From Candidatus Poribacteria bacterium (lineage in GTDB: Bacteria; Poribacteria; WGA-4E; PCPOR2b), in contig OZ244587.1 in the NCBI GenBank assembly GCA_965218095.1, positions 4,512,001 through 4,576,000 of the forward strand: a stretch of DNA of 64,000 bases. The letters run 5' to 3'. This document shows, one piece after another, positions 20,641 through 31,895 of this stretch (position 1 is its first letter; each line of letters opens with the position of its first letter). Position numbers and translations under genes: made by a program. The notes beneath the pieces are model-generated. The model saw only the letters and a program-made list of their open reading frames with translations, was not told where the DNA came from and did no database searches.

Positions 20641-21906
20641 ATGTCAAATCGAAAGATCTACGCCCAACCCACTGCACTTTCAATCCTCGCCGAAGAGACG
20701 CCACCCATCCATCTGCAAACCGATCAGACCGCACAAATTGCCCTGCCGACTTCGCCGTCAAGACGGGGCGCCGCTTTTGAATTCCTGATCTTGAGCTATT
20801 ACAATTCGGTCAGTGAGCTAGTGGTCGAAGAGTGGTCAAGCTGTTTATACGGGCAGTCCGGCCAGCTCTATCAATGCGACGGCATCTTGTCCGATGGTCC
20901 GCGACGTTATCTGCTGGAGGTGAAGTTTTTTGAAAAACGTTCTGCTTCCGTCCGAGACATAGCAGTTCAAAGGCGTGAACAAGCAGCAAAAGATCTGGAT
21001 TGTCACGGCATCGTCTGTGTTTCGCTCAACGGTTTTGATGACAGCGTGCGCGAATGGTGCCAACAGGCGGATTCGCTCGAAATTCTGCTCGTGGATTGGA
21101 AAAACCTCCGCTCACACGTTCTGTCGCGTCTTTCGGGGTTGGCGTCTGTGCTGCTCGATCCATTCGAGTTGCAGAGCGATCTCATCACCAGCGTAACCGG
21201 AAGCCAACTGCGACTACAGCCACCACAATCCGGCGTACCACTCGCGGATTTCCCGGAGCTCATCGCTTTCCCGGACACGCTCGAAAAATGGATCCGTCGC
21301 TTGCCCAAGCTGGTGATTTCGCAACATCAATTGAGCTCAGGACAATTCGTCTACACTGAATCGGACGGCGCGGTGACGTTGATCGTCAATCGGAAGTCAG
21401 AGCTCAGCCTGTGGGAAGTGTGGCAGTTGGAAGATACGCTTTTCGGATATGCTGCGCGAATCTACAATGCGCTAAAAATCACGGCGCAAGCGGGCGGGAA
21501 ATGTGCGCATGAGCCCCGGAGTGTTATTCAGAAGTGGTTGCGGCGAAGAAGGTGGAAAACCGGGGATACGGGCATTCGCAAGGCGCTCGATGACCTCATC
21601 ATTCTTGGGTTCGTGTCGAAATGACCCGTTGGCAGGCGCATTCACTACTCCCTGACGTCAATGGGGACAGCTTACGTCTCGGCGAAAGATCAGGCAGAGA
21701 CTATCTTTCGCGATCGGTTGTATCAATGGCTTCCGTATCGAACCCTGTGCGAAGCAATCGAGGAGGGCAAGATTGAACCGAAGCGCGAATCCGTCATCCG
21801 GTACTTCAAGGAACAGTACCGTCCGTATGAACCCTATGCACGCTGCCTCTTCAACGACAATTCGACGGATGGGTTGCTTTCGCTGTATCGGACGTTTGAA
21901 ACGTGA
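20641..21906 (+). pseudogene. PD-(D/E)xK nuclease with C-terminal winged-helix-like region, in-frame TGA at 21622-21624
   Basis: GAAFE...CDGIL...LLEVK; ORF 21661-21906 is the same frame. Confidence 0.6.
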
Positions 21907-21981
21907 AACTGAAACGTGATGCGTAATGCGTAATGCGTAAAACGTGAAAGGTTTGATTCGTCAATCTAAAACATGGATTTT

Positions 21982-22120
21982 TATACTGTCCACCGCCAGA
22001 AACTGCGCTTTTCGGTCGTCTAATAGAGGCTTTGCGAAGAATCTTAGCGTCAGAGATCTTTCATTTTGTTCAGGATGACAGATGCCCCCAAAAGCGCAAT
22101 TTGACGCGGTGTTGAGTATA
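21982..22120. mobile_element. TATACT-ended MITE-like element
   Basis: tatactg..tgcgctttt / aaaagcgca..gagtata; related ends at 48566-48755. Confidence 0.55.
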
Positions 22121-22502
22121 GGATTTACGGATTCGCTTTGTCTTTAATCCGTGTAATCCTCTCAATCCGTGCTCTAGGGCAAGTTTTGTGCAACGTAGCG
22201 GGAAATCGTTACAAAAGGCCGGAAATTGAACTTTACCGGCGGCAAATCGCTCCCGGTTCTGGGATCGGTAGTCGTCAATATGCGTGCTGGAATCGTGGCC
22301 GAAGTGGGGGAATCGTCGGTCCGGCTCGGTGAAACGGGGGTATCTAGGAAAAATCGGGCGTCGCCAGGGTGGAACTGCGCGCCGATTCCGCTGATTCTGT
22401 CTCAGAAAAAGTTCACGATTTCAACTTTGGAAACGAATCCACTGTTGGTTGCACATAATTTACGCGAGTCCATTCGTAGATTCGCAAATCCCTGTATTCC
22501 TT

Positions 22503-24212
22503 ATGCCGAGAAAATTTCTCACCGATTGGAAACGCTTATGGCGTGAACCTTCCGTTCTGATGCTCGTCATTCTCATCGGTGGGCTGCTAATTCTGTTTGT
22601 GGTGTTTCCGTTGTTTCAGGTGTTCAAAACCTGTTTCATCACGCACGATGGGGACGATTCGACACTCGCTTTGAAGTATGTCTGGGAACTCTTCGCTAAA
22701 TCTTACAATCTGCAGCCACTTTACAACAGCATCGTTTTGGGCATCTGCGTCTCGCCGCTCGGCACAACCATCGGATTTGCCTTTGCCTACGCCGTCACGA
22801 AGACAGATATGCGGCTCAAAGGATTCCTCCAAGCCAGCGCGCTCTTGCCAATTATTTCCCCACCCTTCGTTATTGCTCTCTCTGCGATTCTCCCGTTCGG
22901 TCGAAATGGACTCATTACCCGTAAACTCATCCTCGAAGGACTTGGCGTCGATCTTTACGCCGCAGGCTTCGACATTTATGGACTGACCGGGTTAGTCATC
23001 GTCGAGACGCTCGCGTACTTCCCCACTGCCTATCTGGTATTGGTTGGCGTATTATCGTCCATCGAACCGGCGTTGGAGGAAGCCGCGTTAAATCTCGGCG
23101 CATCTCGGTGGAAAGTGTTTCGCAGTGTGACCGTCCCGCTTGCGCTGCCGGGGATCGCTAGTGCGATGCTGTTGCTGTTCATAGAGTCGATGGCAGACTT
23201 CGGCAACCCGCTCATTTTAGCGGGGCGATTCAACATCCTTTCTGTGCAAGCATATCTCCAAATCACCGGCAACGACAACCTCTCCGGCGGGGCAGCTTTG
23301 GCGATGGCGCTGCTGATTCCTTCGCTCATTGTCTATTTCTTTCAGCATTATTTCTTGCGTCAAAAGGCGTTTACCACGTTAACAGGAAAGGCGTCTGGCG
23401 CGGGGCTCAAAACGGTTGATAAGCGAATGAAGTATCCCCTGGTGGCTATGTGTTGGGGAACGGGCGGATTTGTCTTTCTTTTCTACGGATTGGTGCTGGT
23501 AGGTTCATTCACGAAGTTGTGGGGCGTAGATTATTCGTTGACGCTGGGCAACTATGTGGAAGCCTTCCGACTGGGGATGGATTACATTCTGGACTCGCTG
23601 CTGCTTGCAGCGACTGCCACACCGCTTACCGGTCTGCTGGGGATGGTCATCGCATTTCTGGTTAAACGAAAGCAGTTCATCGGTCGGAGCCTGATTGATG
23701 TGACATCCATGTTGAGCTTCGCGATGCCGGGGACCGTAGTGGGCATTGGCTACATCCTCGCTTTCAACCAGAAACCGCTCATGCTCAGGGGGACTGCGGC
23801 TATCATCGTGCTGCTGTTCATCTTTCGTAATATGCCTGTTGGAATTCGTGCTGCCGCTGCCGCGCTTGATCAGATTGATCTGTCGCTGGAGGAAGCTTCA
23901 ACCAATTTGGGCGCAGGGAGTATGACTACATTTCGTCGCGTGCTGCTGCCATTGCTTGCACCGGCGTTTTTCGCTAGCCTTGCCTACAGCTTTGTCCGGT
24001 GCATGACCGCCATCAGTGCAGTGATCTTTGTCGTTTCCGGGCGGTGGAATCTAATCACGGTGGCAATTCTGGGATTCGTGGAAAACAGCGATTTCTCACA
24101 AGCGGCTGCGCTTTCGATTATCCTCATCGGGTTTGTGATGACCGCTTTGGGACTGATTCAGCTTGCGTTGACGTCGGTTTTCAAGCGGGGTATCACGGAA
24201 TTTTTGGAATAA
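22503..24212 (+). CDS. Fe3+-type ABC transporter permease (FbpB-like)
   Basis: Two EAA motifs (LEEAALNLGAS, LEEASTNLGAG); multiple TM segments. Confidence 0.9.
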   Translation: MPRKFLTDWKRLWREPSVLMLVILIGGLLILFVVFPLFQVFKTCFITHDGDDSTLALKYVWELFAKSYNLQPLYNSIVLGICVSPLGTTIGFAFAYAVTKTDMRLKGFLQASALLPIISPPFVIALSAILPFGRNGLITRKLILEGLGVDLYAAGFDIYGLTGLVIVETLAYFPTAYLVLVGVLSSIEPALEEAALNLGASRWKVFRSVTVPLALPGIASAMLLLFIESMADFGNPLILAGRFNILSVQAYLQITGNDNLSGGAALAMALLIPSLIVYFFQHYFLRQKAFTTLTGKASGAGLKTVDKRMKYPLVAMCWGTGGFVFLFYGLVLVGSFTKLWGVDYSLTLGNYVEAFRLGMDYILDSLLLAATATPLTGLLGMVIAFLVKRKQFIGRSLIDVTSMLSFAMPGTVVGIGYILAFNQKPLMLRGTAAIIVLLFIFRNMPVGIRAAAAALDQIDLSLEEASTNLGAGSMTTFRRVLLPLLAPAFFASLAYSFVRCMTAISAVIFVVSGRWNLITVAILGFVENSDFSQAAALSIILIGFVMTALGLIQLALTSVFKRGITEFLE

Positions 24213-24325
24213 AGGTTTCGCAGGCGATTTAGCCCCGATAATTCCCTTGACATCTGTCCTGAGTCGAGTAAAATATCAACCGCTAAATCGAATAACCAAT
24301 CATTCCAGAAGGAATATAACTCATT

Positions 24326-25090
24326 ATGGCAACATCACAATTGGCAGCCCAACTGTATACGGTACGCGATTTCACCAAAACCCTAGCTGGCATCGCCGAG
24401 ACAATGAAGAAGGTCAAGCAAATCGGCTATGACGCCGTGCAGTGTTCCGCCCTTGGCGTTATCGATGCTCACGAGTTGAAAAAGATCATTGACGGCGAGG
24501 GCTTAACCATCTGCGCTACGCATACGGACTATGAACGGATGCGTGATGAACCCCAGGCGGTCATCGATGAGCACAACCTCTGGGGCTGTAAACACGCAGC
24601 AATTGGCAGTTTACCGCAAGAATATCGCAACGCGGAGGACTTCGTCAGATTTGCAAAAGAAGCTTCTGAAGTCGCTAAAAGACTTGCGGAGGGTGGACTG
24701 ATCTTTTCCTATCACAATCACAGCTTTGAGTTGGAGAGGTTCAACGGGCGCACAGGGTTGGAGATTTTGTACGAGGAGAGCGATCCAAGATACTTCAATA
24801 GCGAGATTGATACATACTGGATCCAACACGGCGGCGGTGATCCGGCGGCATGGATACGCAGGCTAAAGGGGCGCGCCCACATCGTTCACCTGAAAGACAT
24901 GGTGATGCAAGGCCGCACGCAGTTGTTTGCTGAGATCGGAGAGGGAAATCTGAATTGGCCCACGATCTTTGATGCGTGTAAAGAAGTCGGTGTGGAGTGG
25001 TACATCATTGAGCAGGATACCTGTCAACGCGATCCATTCGAGAGCTTGGGGATGAGTCTGAGGAATCTCAAGGCAATGGGGATTCAATAG
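24326..25090 (+). CDS. Sugar phosphate isomerase/epimerase (TIM barrel)
   Basis: QLYTVRD, YHNHSFE, EIDTYW, HLKD, IIEQD. Confidence 0.9.
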   Translation: MATSQLAAQLYTVRDFTKTLAGIAETMKKVKQIGYDAVQCSALGVIDAHELKKIIDGEGLTICATHTDYERMRDEPQAVIDEHNLWGCKHAAIGSLPQEYRNAEDFVRFAKEASEVAKRLAEGGLIFSYHNHSFELERFNGRTGLEILYEESDPRYFNSEIDTYWIQHGGGDPAAWIRRLKGRAHIVHLKDMVMQGRTQLFAEIGEGNLNWPTIFDACKEVGVEWYIIEQDTCQRDPFESLGMSLRNLKAMGIQ

Positions 25091-25094
25091 AGAA

Positions 25095-25444
25095 GGGCAC
25101 GATTCCTTTCTCCACAATCTGGAAATCTGGCGAATAAAAAAATTGCCTCTTGACAGGCTAGCTGCCAATTCTTGTGGCGTATAAACGAGAATATCCAGCG
25201 AAAAATGACGTGGAAAGAGCAGGCGTTGCACCAGTATCCGGCGATCACGAGGTGAAGCAGACGTTTCTTTCACGATGAACAGATCAATATCACTATCTGA
25301 ATCTGGCGTCGGCTGTCCCCACGCGTGCGAACCGAAAAGGATGATCCGCTTGGGTTGGTATTCTTGGGCAGTCCGTTGAGCGATGCTTTGAATGAGTGAT
25401 TTTTCGGTTGAATTTATTTCTTATCTTGACTCGCTTTCTAGCAT
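25095..25444 (-). pseudogene. Minimal nucleotidyltransferase (MNT antitoxin-like)
   Basis: IILFGSHAWG..DSDIDL..DILVYTPQE; early TAA and 3' frameshift. Confidence 0.75.
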
Positions 25445-25449
25445 AGTCA

Positions 25450-25498
25450 TGGGGATTAGTCTGAAGAACCTCAAGGCGATGGGGGTTCAATAGAAAAG
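25450..25498 (+). repeat. 49-bp imperfect duplicate of the epimerase 3' end (25047-25095)
   Basis: 43/49 identity; same reading frame and stop. Confidence 0.85.
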
Positions 25499-25577
25499 AT
25501 GTGCTTTATTTGGCGTGCAAGGCTTGTTTCTGTTGGGCGATGGCCTAAAAATCCTTTCAAACGAGAAACTGCCTAAC

Positions 25578-26444
25578 CTACTTCACGATCTGCACAGCCT
25601 TGATCCGGCGATACAGAATCCAAAGACACACGCCAACCATCCCGGTGAGCGTCAACAGCGACCAGAGCCAGTGTAAGGCGTATCCAGGCGGTAAACCGAA
25701 TAGCTTGGATCCGAGAATATCGTAGTTTGCCCAGATGGAGATCATCGCCAGCTTACTGCTATCGGTAATCTCCCGAATAATCTCGTAAATCAATGGCGTT
25801 CCAAGAAAGATTGCGGCAAAACCGATGGCGGCATAGCGGGCGTTCGATGTCAGCGACGACACCGCGACAATGAGAAAGCTTGAGGGAATAATGATGACCA
25901 GTGAATAAAGGACAATTGATCCAATCAGCCAGTAGTTTTCTCGGATAAATGTGAAATCATTAACAAGCAAAAGGTGTTCAATAAACAGCAGGAGACCTGG
26001 TATTAAAGTGATTGACGAGAGCAAGATGAACATCACCGCTAGTTTGCCGATAAGATAATCTCTCCACGAGATTGGTTTGGAAAGGTAGATTTGCAGGGCG
26101 TTATGCTTGAGGTCGTTGGCGATTAAGCCCGCGCCACCGAATACCCCAAGTAAACCGATGAATAATCCTGATGGGGTAGGTTGGCGCAGTAAGAATTGAT
26201 AAAAAAATTCAGCATCGATCTGGATGGGAATGGGAAATCGCATTTCGGTGAGGCGATTCACTCCATAGATAAACACTCCGTGCACGAGAATATAGATTGC
26301 CGGCGGAATGGCGACGATGAAGCGTACCCATTTGCGCTGCGCCAGGCATTTCAACTCCGCTTTGGTGATAATCCACCAACGCATAGAAGTACACGGCTTT
26401 AGTTGTCCATCCCAGTGATGGTAGCTCAAGTCGTGGATTGGCAT
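25578..26444 (-). CDS. ABC-2-type transporter permease
   Basis: Multiple TMs; LIANDLKHNALQIYLSKPISWRDYLIGK. Confidence 0.85.
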   Translation of the reverse strand: MPIHDLSYHHWDGQLKPCTSMRWWIITKAELKCLAQRKWVRFIVAIPPAIYILVHGVFIYGVNRLTEMRFPIPIQIDAEFFYQFLLRQPTPSGLFIGLLGVFGGAGLIANDLKHNALQIYLSKPISWRDYLIGKLAVMFILLSSITLIPGLLLFIEHLLLVNDFTFIRENYWLIGSIVLYSLVIIIPSSFLIVAVSSLTSNARYAAIGFAAIFLGTPLIYEIIREITDSSKLAMISIWANYDILGSKLFGLPPGYALHWLWSLLTLTGMVGVCLWILYRRIKAVQIVK

Positions 26445-26571
26445 AGGTTGAGTCCTTTCTTAATCAAACACTGTATGTTTGGCCTGATGTATTGCGTATT
26501 GTGTGATGCGTAGAACGTAATGCGTAAAATGTGAAATCCCTAACTAATTTTGAAGATTAAAGTTCATATTT

Positions 26572-26652
26572 TGGAGGGTAGGAGAACGCTGCTCACTTAG
26601 CCTCTCCTCCGAACCGTGGCGTACACTTTCACCGAGCCGAGCACGGCTCTCC
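26572..26652 (-). ncRNA. Group II intron DV-DVI remnant
   Basis: gagccgtg...gtgaaagt...cacggttcggaggag...ctaccctcc. Confidence 0.7.
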
Positions 26653-26951
26653 GAATCTATGTTTGAATGTAGATGTTTTGATAAAAACTGGAAGGATCGT
26701 GATTACGGTATCAAAATGAGTTCGTTGGATATTTTGTAGAAGGAGAATTTTGGCTTTGGGCTTTTTGTTCTTTAAATGTGGCAAGATATAGCGGTTAAAA
26801 TCCTTACGGGAAACCTGCTTGGGAACCTAGTGTTGTATCTCGATTGCTTTTGATCGTCGTGTTCCATATAAAGTGAATGGGTATCCGAAGCGGAAATTTT
26901 GGGACATAAATTATCTCCCTTCCTTCCTCTGTTTTACCGCATCTTTATATT

Positions 26952-27515
26952 TTACTCAATATGACTTCGATGATATTCGCGATGACAGCCATCACACCTC
27001 GCGAAATTGTCTATCAAGTCCAAACGGGTTCCACATTGACACATCCAACCGTGTTGTCGCGCAGGATTGCCATAGACTAAGGCATAGGCAGGCACATCCT
27101 TCGTCACCACAGATCCGGCGCCGATGAAGGCGTGCTCTCCGATCGTAATGCCGCAGACAATTGTCGCATTGGCGCCGATTGTGGCGCCGCGTTTGACCAG
27201 CGTAGGCTCGTACTCATCAATTGCCTTGGGAAAAGCGCTCCTCGGATTGGACACGTTCGTAAACACCATTGAGGGTCCACAAAAGACGTCGTCTTCGATT
27301 GTCACCCTTTTATAAACAGAGACATTGTTTTGGATCTTGACGTTGTTTCCGATAATCACCCCACTGTCAATATTCACGTTCTGCCCAAGCACGCAATTCC
27401 GTCCAATCTGGCTGTTTTTCATAACATGACAGAAATGCCAGATCTTGGCGCCGTCACCAATCGAAACCGGTTCATCGATATAAGATGATTCATGAACAAA
27501 ATAGGACTTTTCCAT
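26952..27515 (-). CDS. Nucleotide-sugar N-acetyltransferase (WbpD/WlbB-like)
   Basis: Hexapeptide repeats, [31 protein letters not shown]. Confidence 0.9.
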   Translation of the reverse strand: MEKSYFVHESSYIDEPVSIGDGAKIWHFCHVMKNSQIGRNCVLGQNVNIDSGVIIGNNVKIQNNVSVYKRVTIEDDVFCGPSMVFTNVSNPRSAFPKAIDEYEPTLVKRGATIGANATIVCGITIGEHAFIGAGSVVTKDVPAYALVYGNPARQHGWMCQCGTRLDLIDNFARCDGCHREYHRSHIE

Positions 27516-27550
27516 TCAACTTACCTTTCCTACCGACATAGACACTACGA

Positions 27551-28609
27551 TTACGCATCACGCTTGATGTCGACCGGTTCACCGTTCTGGTTGCGAGATT
27601 TCTGTGCAGCTTGCAGGACTCGCACAACCCGGAGCCCATCCCTCCCATCGCTTCTGGGTCTCTGATGATTCATAATGCAGTCGAGAAAGTGTTGACATTC
27701 TAGCTTTAGAGGCTCCATCATTTTGATGTATGGCACTGTGATATCACCGAATCGCAGGCTGAGGGCTTCGCCATAGGAGGCATAATCGGTGTTGTTGGCA
27801 ACGCCCTTGTTATAAATTTTGACCATTTCCGTCGTCTCCATATCGTCAAAAACTGCTATTTTGTCACTGCCAACAATTGTCGTTCGACGGAGCTTGTGAG
27901 GGTCTAACCAGCTCAATTGGCTATGAGCGATTACCCCACTGGGAAATTGGAGATTGACGAAAACTACGTCGTCGACACTTTCTTGTAAATAGGTGGCGCC
28001 GCGAACAGATACGTTCTCGGGTTCGGCATCAAGCAGGTACATCGCTACAGATAAATCGTGAGGGGCGAGACTCCACATCGCGTTTTCATCGCGTCGGATT
28101 TTACCTAAGTTGACCCGCTGCGCATACAAATAATAGATCTGCCCGAGTTCACCCGCCTGGATGAGCGTTTTCAATTTTTCAACCGCCGGATGATATTCCA
28201 TCAGGTGTCCGACCATTAAGATTCGATTCGTCTTTTCAGAAAATCGTCTTTTCAGAAAATTGAACCAATTCGACAGCATGTTGGACATCCAGCGTCAGCG
28301 GTTTCTCAATGAAGAGGTGCTTCCCGTGTTGGAGGGCTTTGAGGGCAAAAGCATAGTGAGTTCGCGCCGGCGTTGCGATGACAATCGCGTCAATCTCCGG
28401 ATCGCTCAGGAGGGCATTGTCAGGAGGGCATTGTAGTTATCGGTGACCCCGAGATATGGATATTGCTGTTTGGCTTTGGCTAAATTGTGAGCCTCTAGGT
28501 CGCAGCACACCTTCACACGACAATCGGAGAGTTCATCAAAATTCCGAAGCAAGTTCGGCCCCCAATACCCCACTCCAACCATTCCGAGGGTTATCCTGGA
28601 TTCTTTCAT
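27551..28609 (-). pseudogene. Gfo/Idh/MocA oxidoreductase broken by two tandem duplications
   Basis: GVGYWG, IEKPL, SLAPHD; 14-nt (28406-28433) and 16-nt (28228-28259) tandem duplications. Confidence 0.85.
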
Positions 28610-29012
28610 GTTGTTTCAACCTGCCCGTTGTAAGAAGGACGTCTGACGAGCAATAGGCGTTGGTCGCCTGCGTGAGGCTGGGCTTCGACGGGCAGGCCGA
28701 CCTCCGATGGGGCATCTTTGAGCATGACTTCGACATCTGGCTTTTAACAGCTCGCAATTAGAACTTGTAATCTAGGCATGGAAGATTCCTGTCATAAATC
28801 TTGTGAGGTGTGAGGCGAAAGCGGTTCAAGCACATGTCAACGCAGGGCGTGCAGCGATTAGCAGGGGGTTGAATAACAATAGCATACCTAACATTGCTTG
28901 TCAAGGAAGAATTCATGATTTATCGGGACAACTCGCCAGATTCGGAATCGTTTCCAACGCTAACTATCATATGCATGCGAGGAGTTGTGTCAACAAAACA
29001 GGAGCATTTTTT

Positions 29013-30163
29013 CATTTGCCCCCAGTTTTTAATGGGGGCGCATCATGGGCGGTTTTGTCAGCGATAGGTGTGAGAAAGGATTGTCAGATATGGTAAAATA
29101 CCTCCTTACCCAAAACAGTCATTGTTTGAAGCAAGGAGGTATTATGAAAGGAAAACAGCCCAAAAGCGGGTGAATTCCATTCATTGATTCGGTCTTTCCA
29201 ATCCATGCAGTGATGCACTGTTGGCTCGCTTTCGTGTTAAGTTGCGTTTGTCGAAATCACAAAAAGCACACCTTGATTTTGACAGATGAAATCGACCTAA
29301 TTGGCGATTTCAAAGCGATTGTTGCCGCTCTCCTGTTTCGACACCGGGCGATACCTATCTACTGGCACATCTATAGTGACGCTGAGATTCGGAGTATGAC
29401 ATATAAAAGCCACAATGAGATTATCCAACGCTTTTGTGTCACGCTCTATCGCCAGACCCAAGCGGCTTTACCCCAACCGTGTAAACCGGTGTTGATATTT
29501 GACCGAGGGTTTGCCCGTGGCAGATATGTGATAAAGTTTCTCAAAGCAGAAGCGATTCTGTTTGTGATGCGCGTCTGTCGCAACGTTCGCATCACTGTTG
29601 ATGGGAATGTCAAAACGATGGCACAGTTGAAGGCAACCGGGTTCTATCCACAGATTCTCTATCACCCAACAGAGCAGATTCGACTAAACCTGTATGTGGT
29701 CAGAGATGCGCGGTTTTGTGAGGCGATGTATCTGATTTCAAGCCATCTGACGGGGAGTCAAATCCACCGCTGTTATAAGCGACACATGCAGATTGAACAC
29801 GGATTTCGCGAATCAAAACCGGCTTTGGCTTTGGCAATTTAGTTCTCAAGAAACCGACAAAATCCCGCATCAATTTGTTATGGCTGTTGGCTTGTCTCAC
29901 TTACGGGTTACTGTTTATCATTTATCAAAAGTCCGGCGACCGATGGGCGAAAGTATTCAACACGACGACAAAGACCTATTCGCTGATTATGGTGATAAAG
30001 CGCGTGATTTCTGATGCGTGGACGGGGTGGTGTCTGAGTCCCTTTTTCACGCTTCCCCTGTGTCGGAGAGATACGCTTCAAGACGCTTAACGACAACGAT
30101 TCTCACGCAGGTCACTTCTCAAAACCCGTCAACTCTATACTCTTGAAAAACTGGGGGTAAATG
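29013..30163 (+). mobile_element. Degenerate IS4-like element
   Basis: TIR catttgcccccagttttt / aaaaactgggggtaaatg; IFDRGF, YKRHMQIEHGFRE; frameshifted. Confidence 0.82.
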
Positions 30164-30204
30164 AAACTGAAAAACTTGTATTATCTAAATCCGCGATATG
30201 TTAT

Positions 30205-30388
30205 TAGGACTTACGCACTTCCGTTTGTAGTAGCGCAATTCATTGCGCGTCCGGACGGGCGATAAATCACCCTACTACAAACCTAAAGGCCACTGTAGTT
30301 GCCCGATTCATCGGGCGTCGGGAGTTATGTTCTCCGGCGATGAATCACCGAGCTACAGGACTTTCAGCGTTCAACTGCGTAAGTCCTA
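30205..30388. mobile_element. IS701-type MITE containing REP-like palindromes
   Basis: TIR taggacttacgca / tgcgtaagtccta; TTAT TSD; four internal hairpins. Confidence 0.75.
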
Positions 30389-30593
30389 TTATTATAACGC
30401 AACTTGCCAACTAAAGCCTCAGCGGGGCGATAGGTATATAGAAAAATGTTGGTGGTTTCTTCCACTCCAGTTGCTTTGAATCCCGATCGCAGCATCGGGG
30501 CGGAGCGGTATGTGGAATCTACCACTCGGGTTACTACATTTATAATATAAACGAGAACTTCTTTGCGGATGGATAAATCGAAAGGACACAAAC

Positions 30594-31616
30594 ATGTCAA
30601 AAAAATTGAAAGTGGCAGCAGTGGGGTGTGGCGGAATTGGAATGCGACATCAACTTGGATACCTCGAACACCCCCAAGCGGAACTCGTTGCTGTTTGCGA
30701 TATCGATGAAGAAAAAGCGAAAAACCGCGCGCAGGAGCTCGACATCACCAATTGGTATCCGTCAATTCAGGAGATGGTGGTAAACGAAGAGTGTGACGCG
30801 ATTGATGTTGTTACAGCAGACCATCTGCACTTTGAGCCGGTCATTGAATGCTTGGAGGCGGGGAAGCATGTGATGTGCGAGAAACCGTTGTCGCTTAAAA
30901 TTGATGAAGCGGCACAAATGGTTGCAAAGGCAGAGGAGAAAGGCATGCACCTCGCCATTGACTACAACCGCCGCTTCGCACCGGGGTACGCAAAGGCGCG
31001 GGAATGGTTTGATAGCGGTACCTGCGGACAGATCACGTACATCGACATGAAGTTGTCGCAGGGAGGACCGGTTTCGACGTGGAAGGGACCTTACTATCTG
31101 CTGTACGAACTTCAGACCCACGCAATCGATCTGTTGCGCTGGTTTGGCGGTGAAATCGTTGCGGTCTGCTCGCAGATGGCACATCCGCGCATCAAAGACG
31201 CAAACCCCGATGAGCACCCGTGCTGGACGAGCATGGCGCTCTCTATGCGATATGAGACCGACGCCGTCGCTTCGCTGCTCGCCAGTTGGGACAGTGATTT
31301 CACACACCCGATTGAACGCCTCGAAATCTGTGGCATGGATGCGGAGATTGTCGTCGATAATGTCCTCAGTCGTGCAACCCTGATGAGACGGGACGATTCG
31401 GTCGTCGAAGAATACCGCCCCTCCATTTTTCGGATGGAACAGCTCGCCTTTGACGTCACCTTTGCGTTACGCGTCAAGGCGTTTGTCGATGATCTTCTCA
31501 ACGGTCGTCCGCCGGTGCCCACCGGTCGGGATGGGCTTCAGGCGTTGCGCGTTGTGGAAGCTATTGTGCAATCCTGGGAGGAGAAGCGGGAGGTTGCTGT
31601 CCAACGCGATGAATGA
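30594..31616 (+). CDS. Gfo/Idh/MocA oxidoreductase
   Basis: GCGGIG, CEKPL, THAIDL. Confidence 0.92.
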   Translation: MSKKLKVAAVGCGGIGMRHQLGYLEHPQAELVAVCDIDEEKAKNRAQELDITNWYPSIQEMVVNEECDAIDVVTADHLHFEPVIECLEAGKHVMCEKPLSLKIDEAAQMVAKAEEKGMHLAIDYNRRFAPGYAKAREWFDSGTCGQITYIDMKLSQGGPVSTWKGPYYLLYELQTHAIDLLRWFGGEIVAVCSQMAHPRIKDANPDEHPCWTSMALSMRYETDAVASLLASWDSDFTHPIERLEICGMDAEIVVDNVLSRATLMRRDDSVVEEYRPSIFRMEQLAFDVTFALRVKAFVDDLLNGRPPVPTGRDGLQALRVVEAIVQSWEEKREVAVQRDE

Positions 31617-31895
31617 TGCTATCAGGGGTGGCGGTTGGGTGTTAATGTAAATTGCCAGAATCAGGATGCTCAGTCTGGGAGGATTCTTAGGATAATGAAT
31701 GGCAACGGATGGAATCAATCCTGTAAATCCTAAAATCCAGTAAATCCAGATTCAGACAAAATGTTGCGAGAATTTTAGAGGATATAGTATAATAGCGTAG
31801 GGAAGAAAACCGGAAAAAGGGAAGAATTTGATCGGATTAATGTACCCGCAACAAAACAGGGTGTATTCACCCCAAAAAAGGATTTGATAAGCAAT

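Noticed and set aside
21622-21624. TGA here, and at 47240, as selenocysteine
   Set aside because: No redox motif context and no convincing SECIS-like hairpin noticed
30205-30388. Integron attC sites
   Set aside because: No RYYYAAC/GTTRRRY cassette pattern or integrase; TIR plus TSD indicate a MITE
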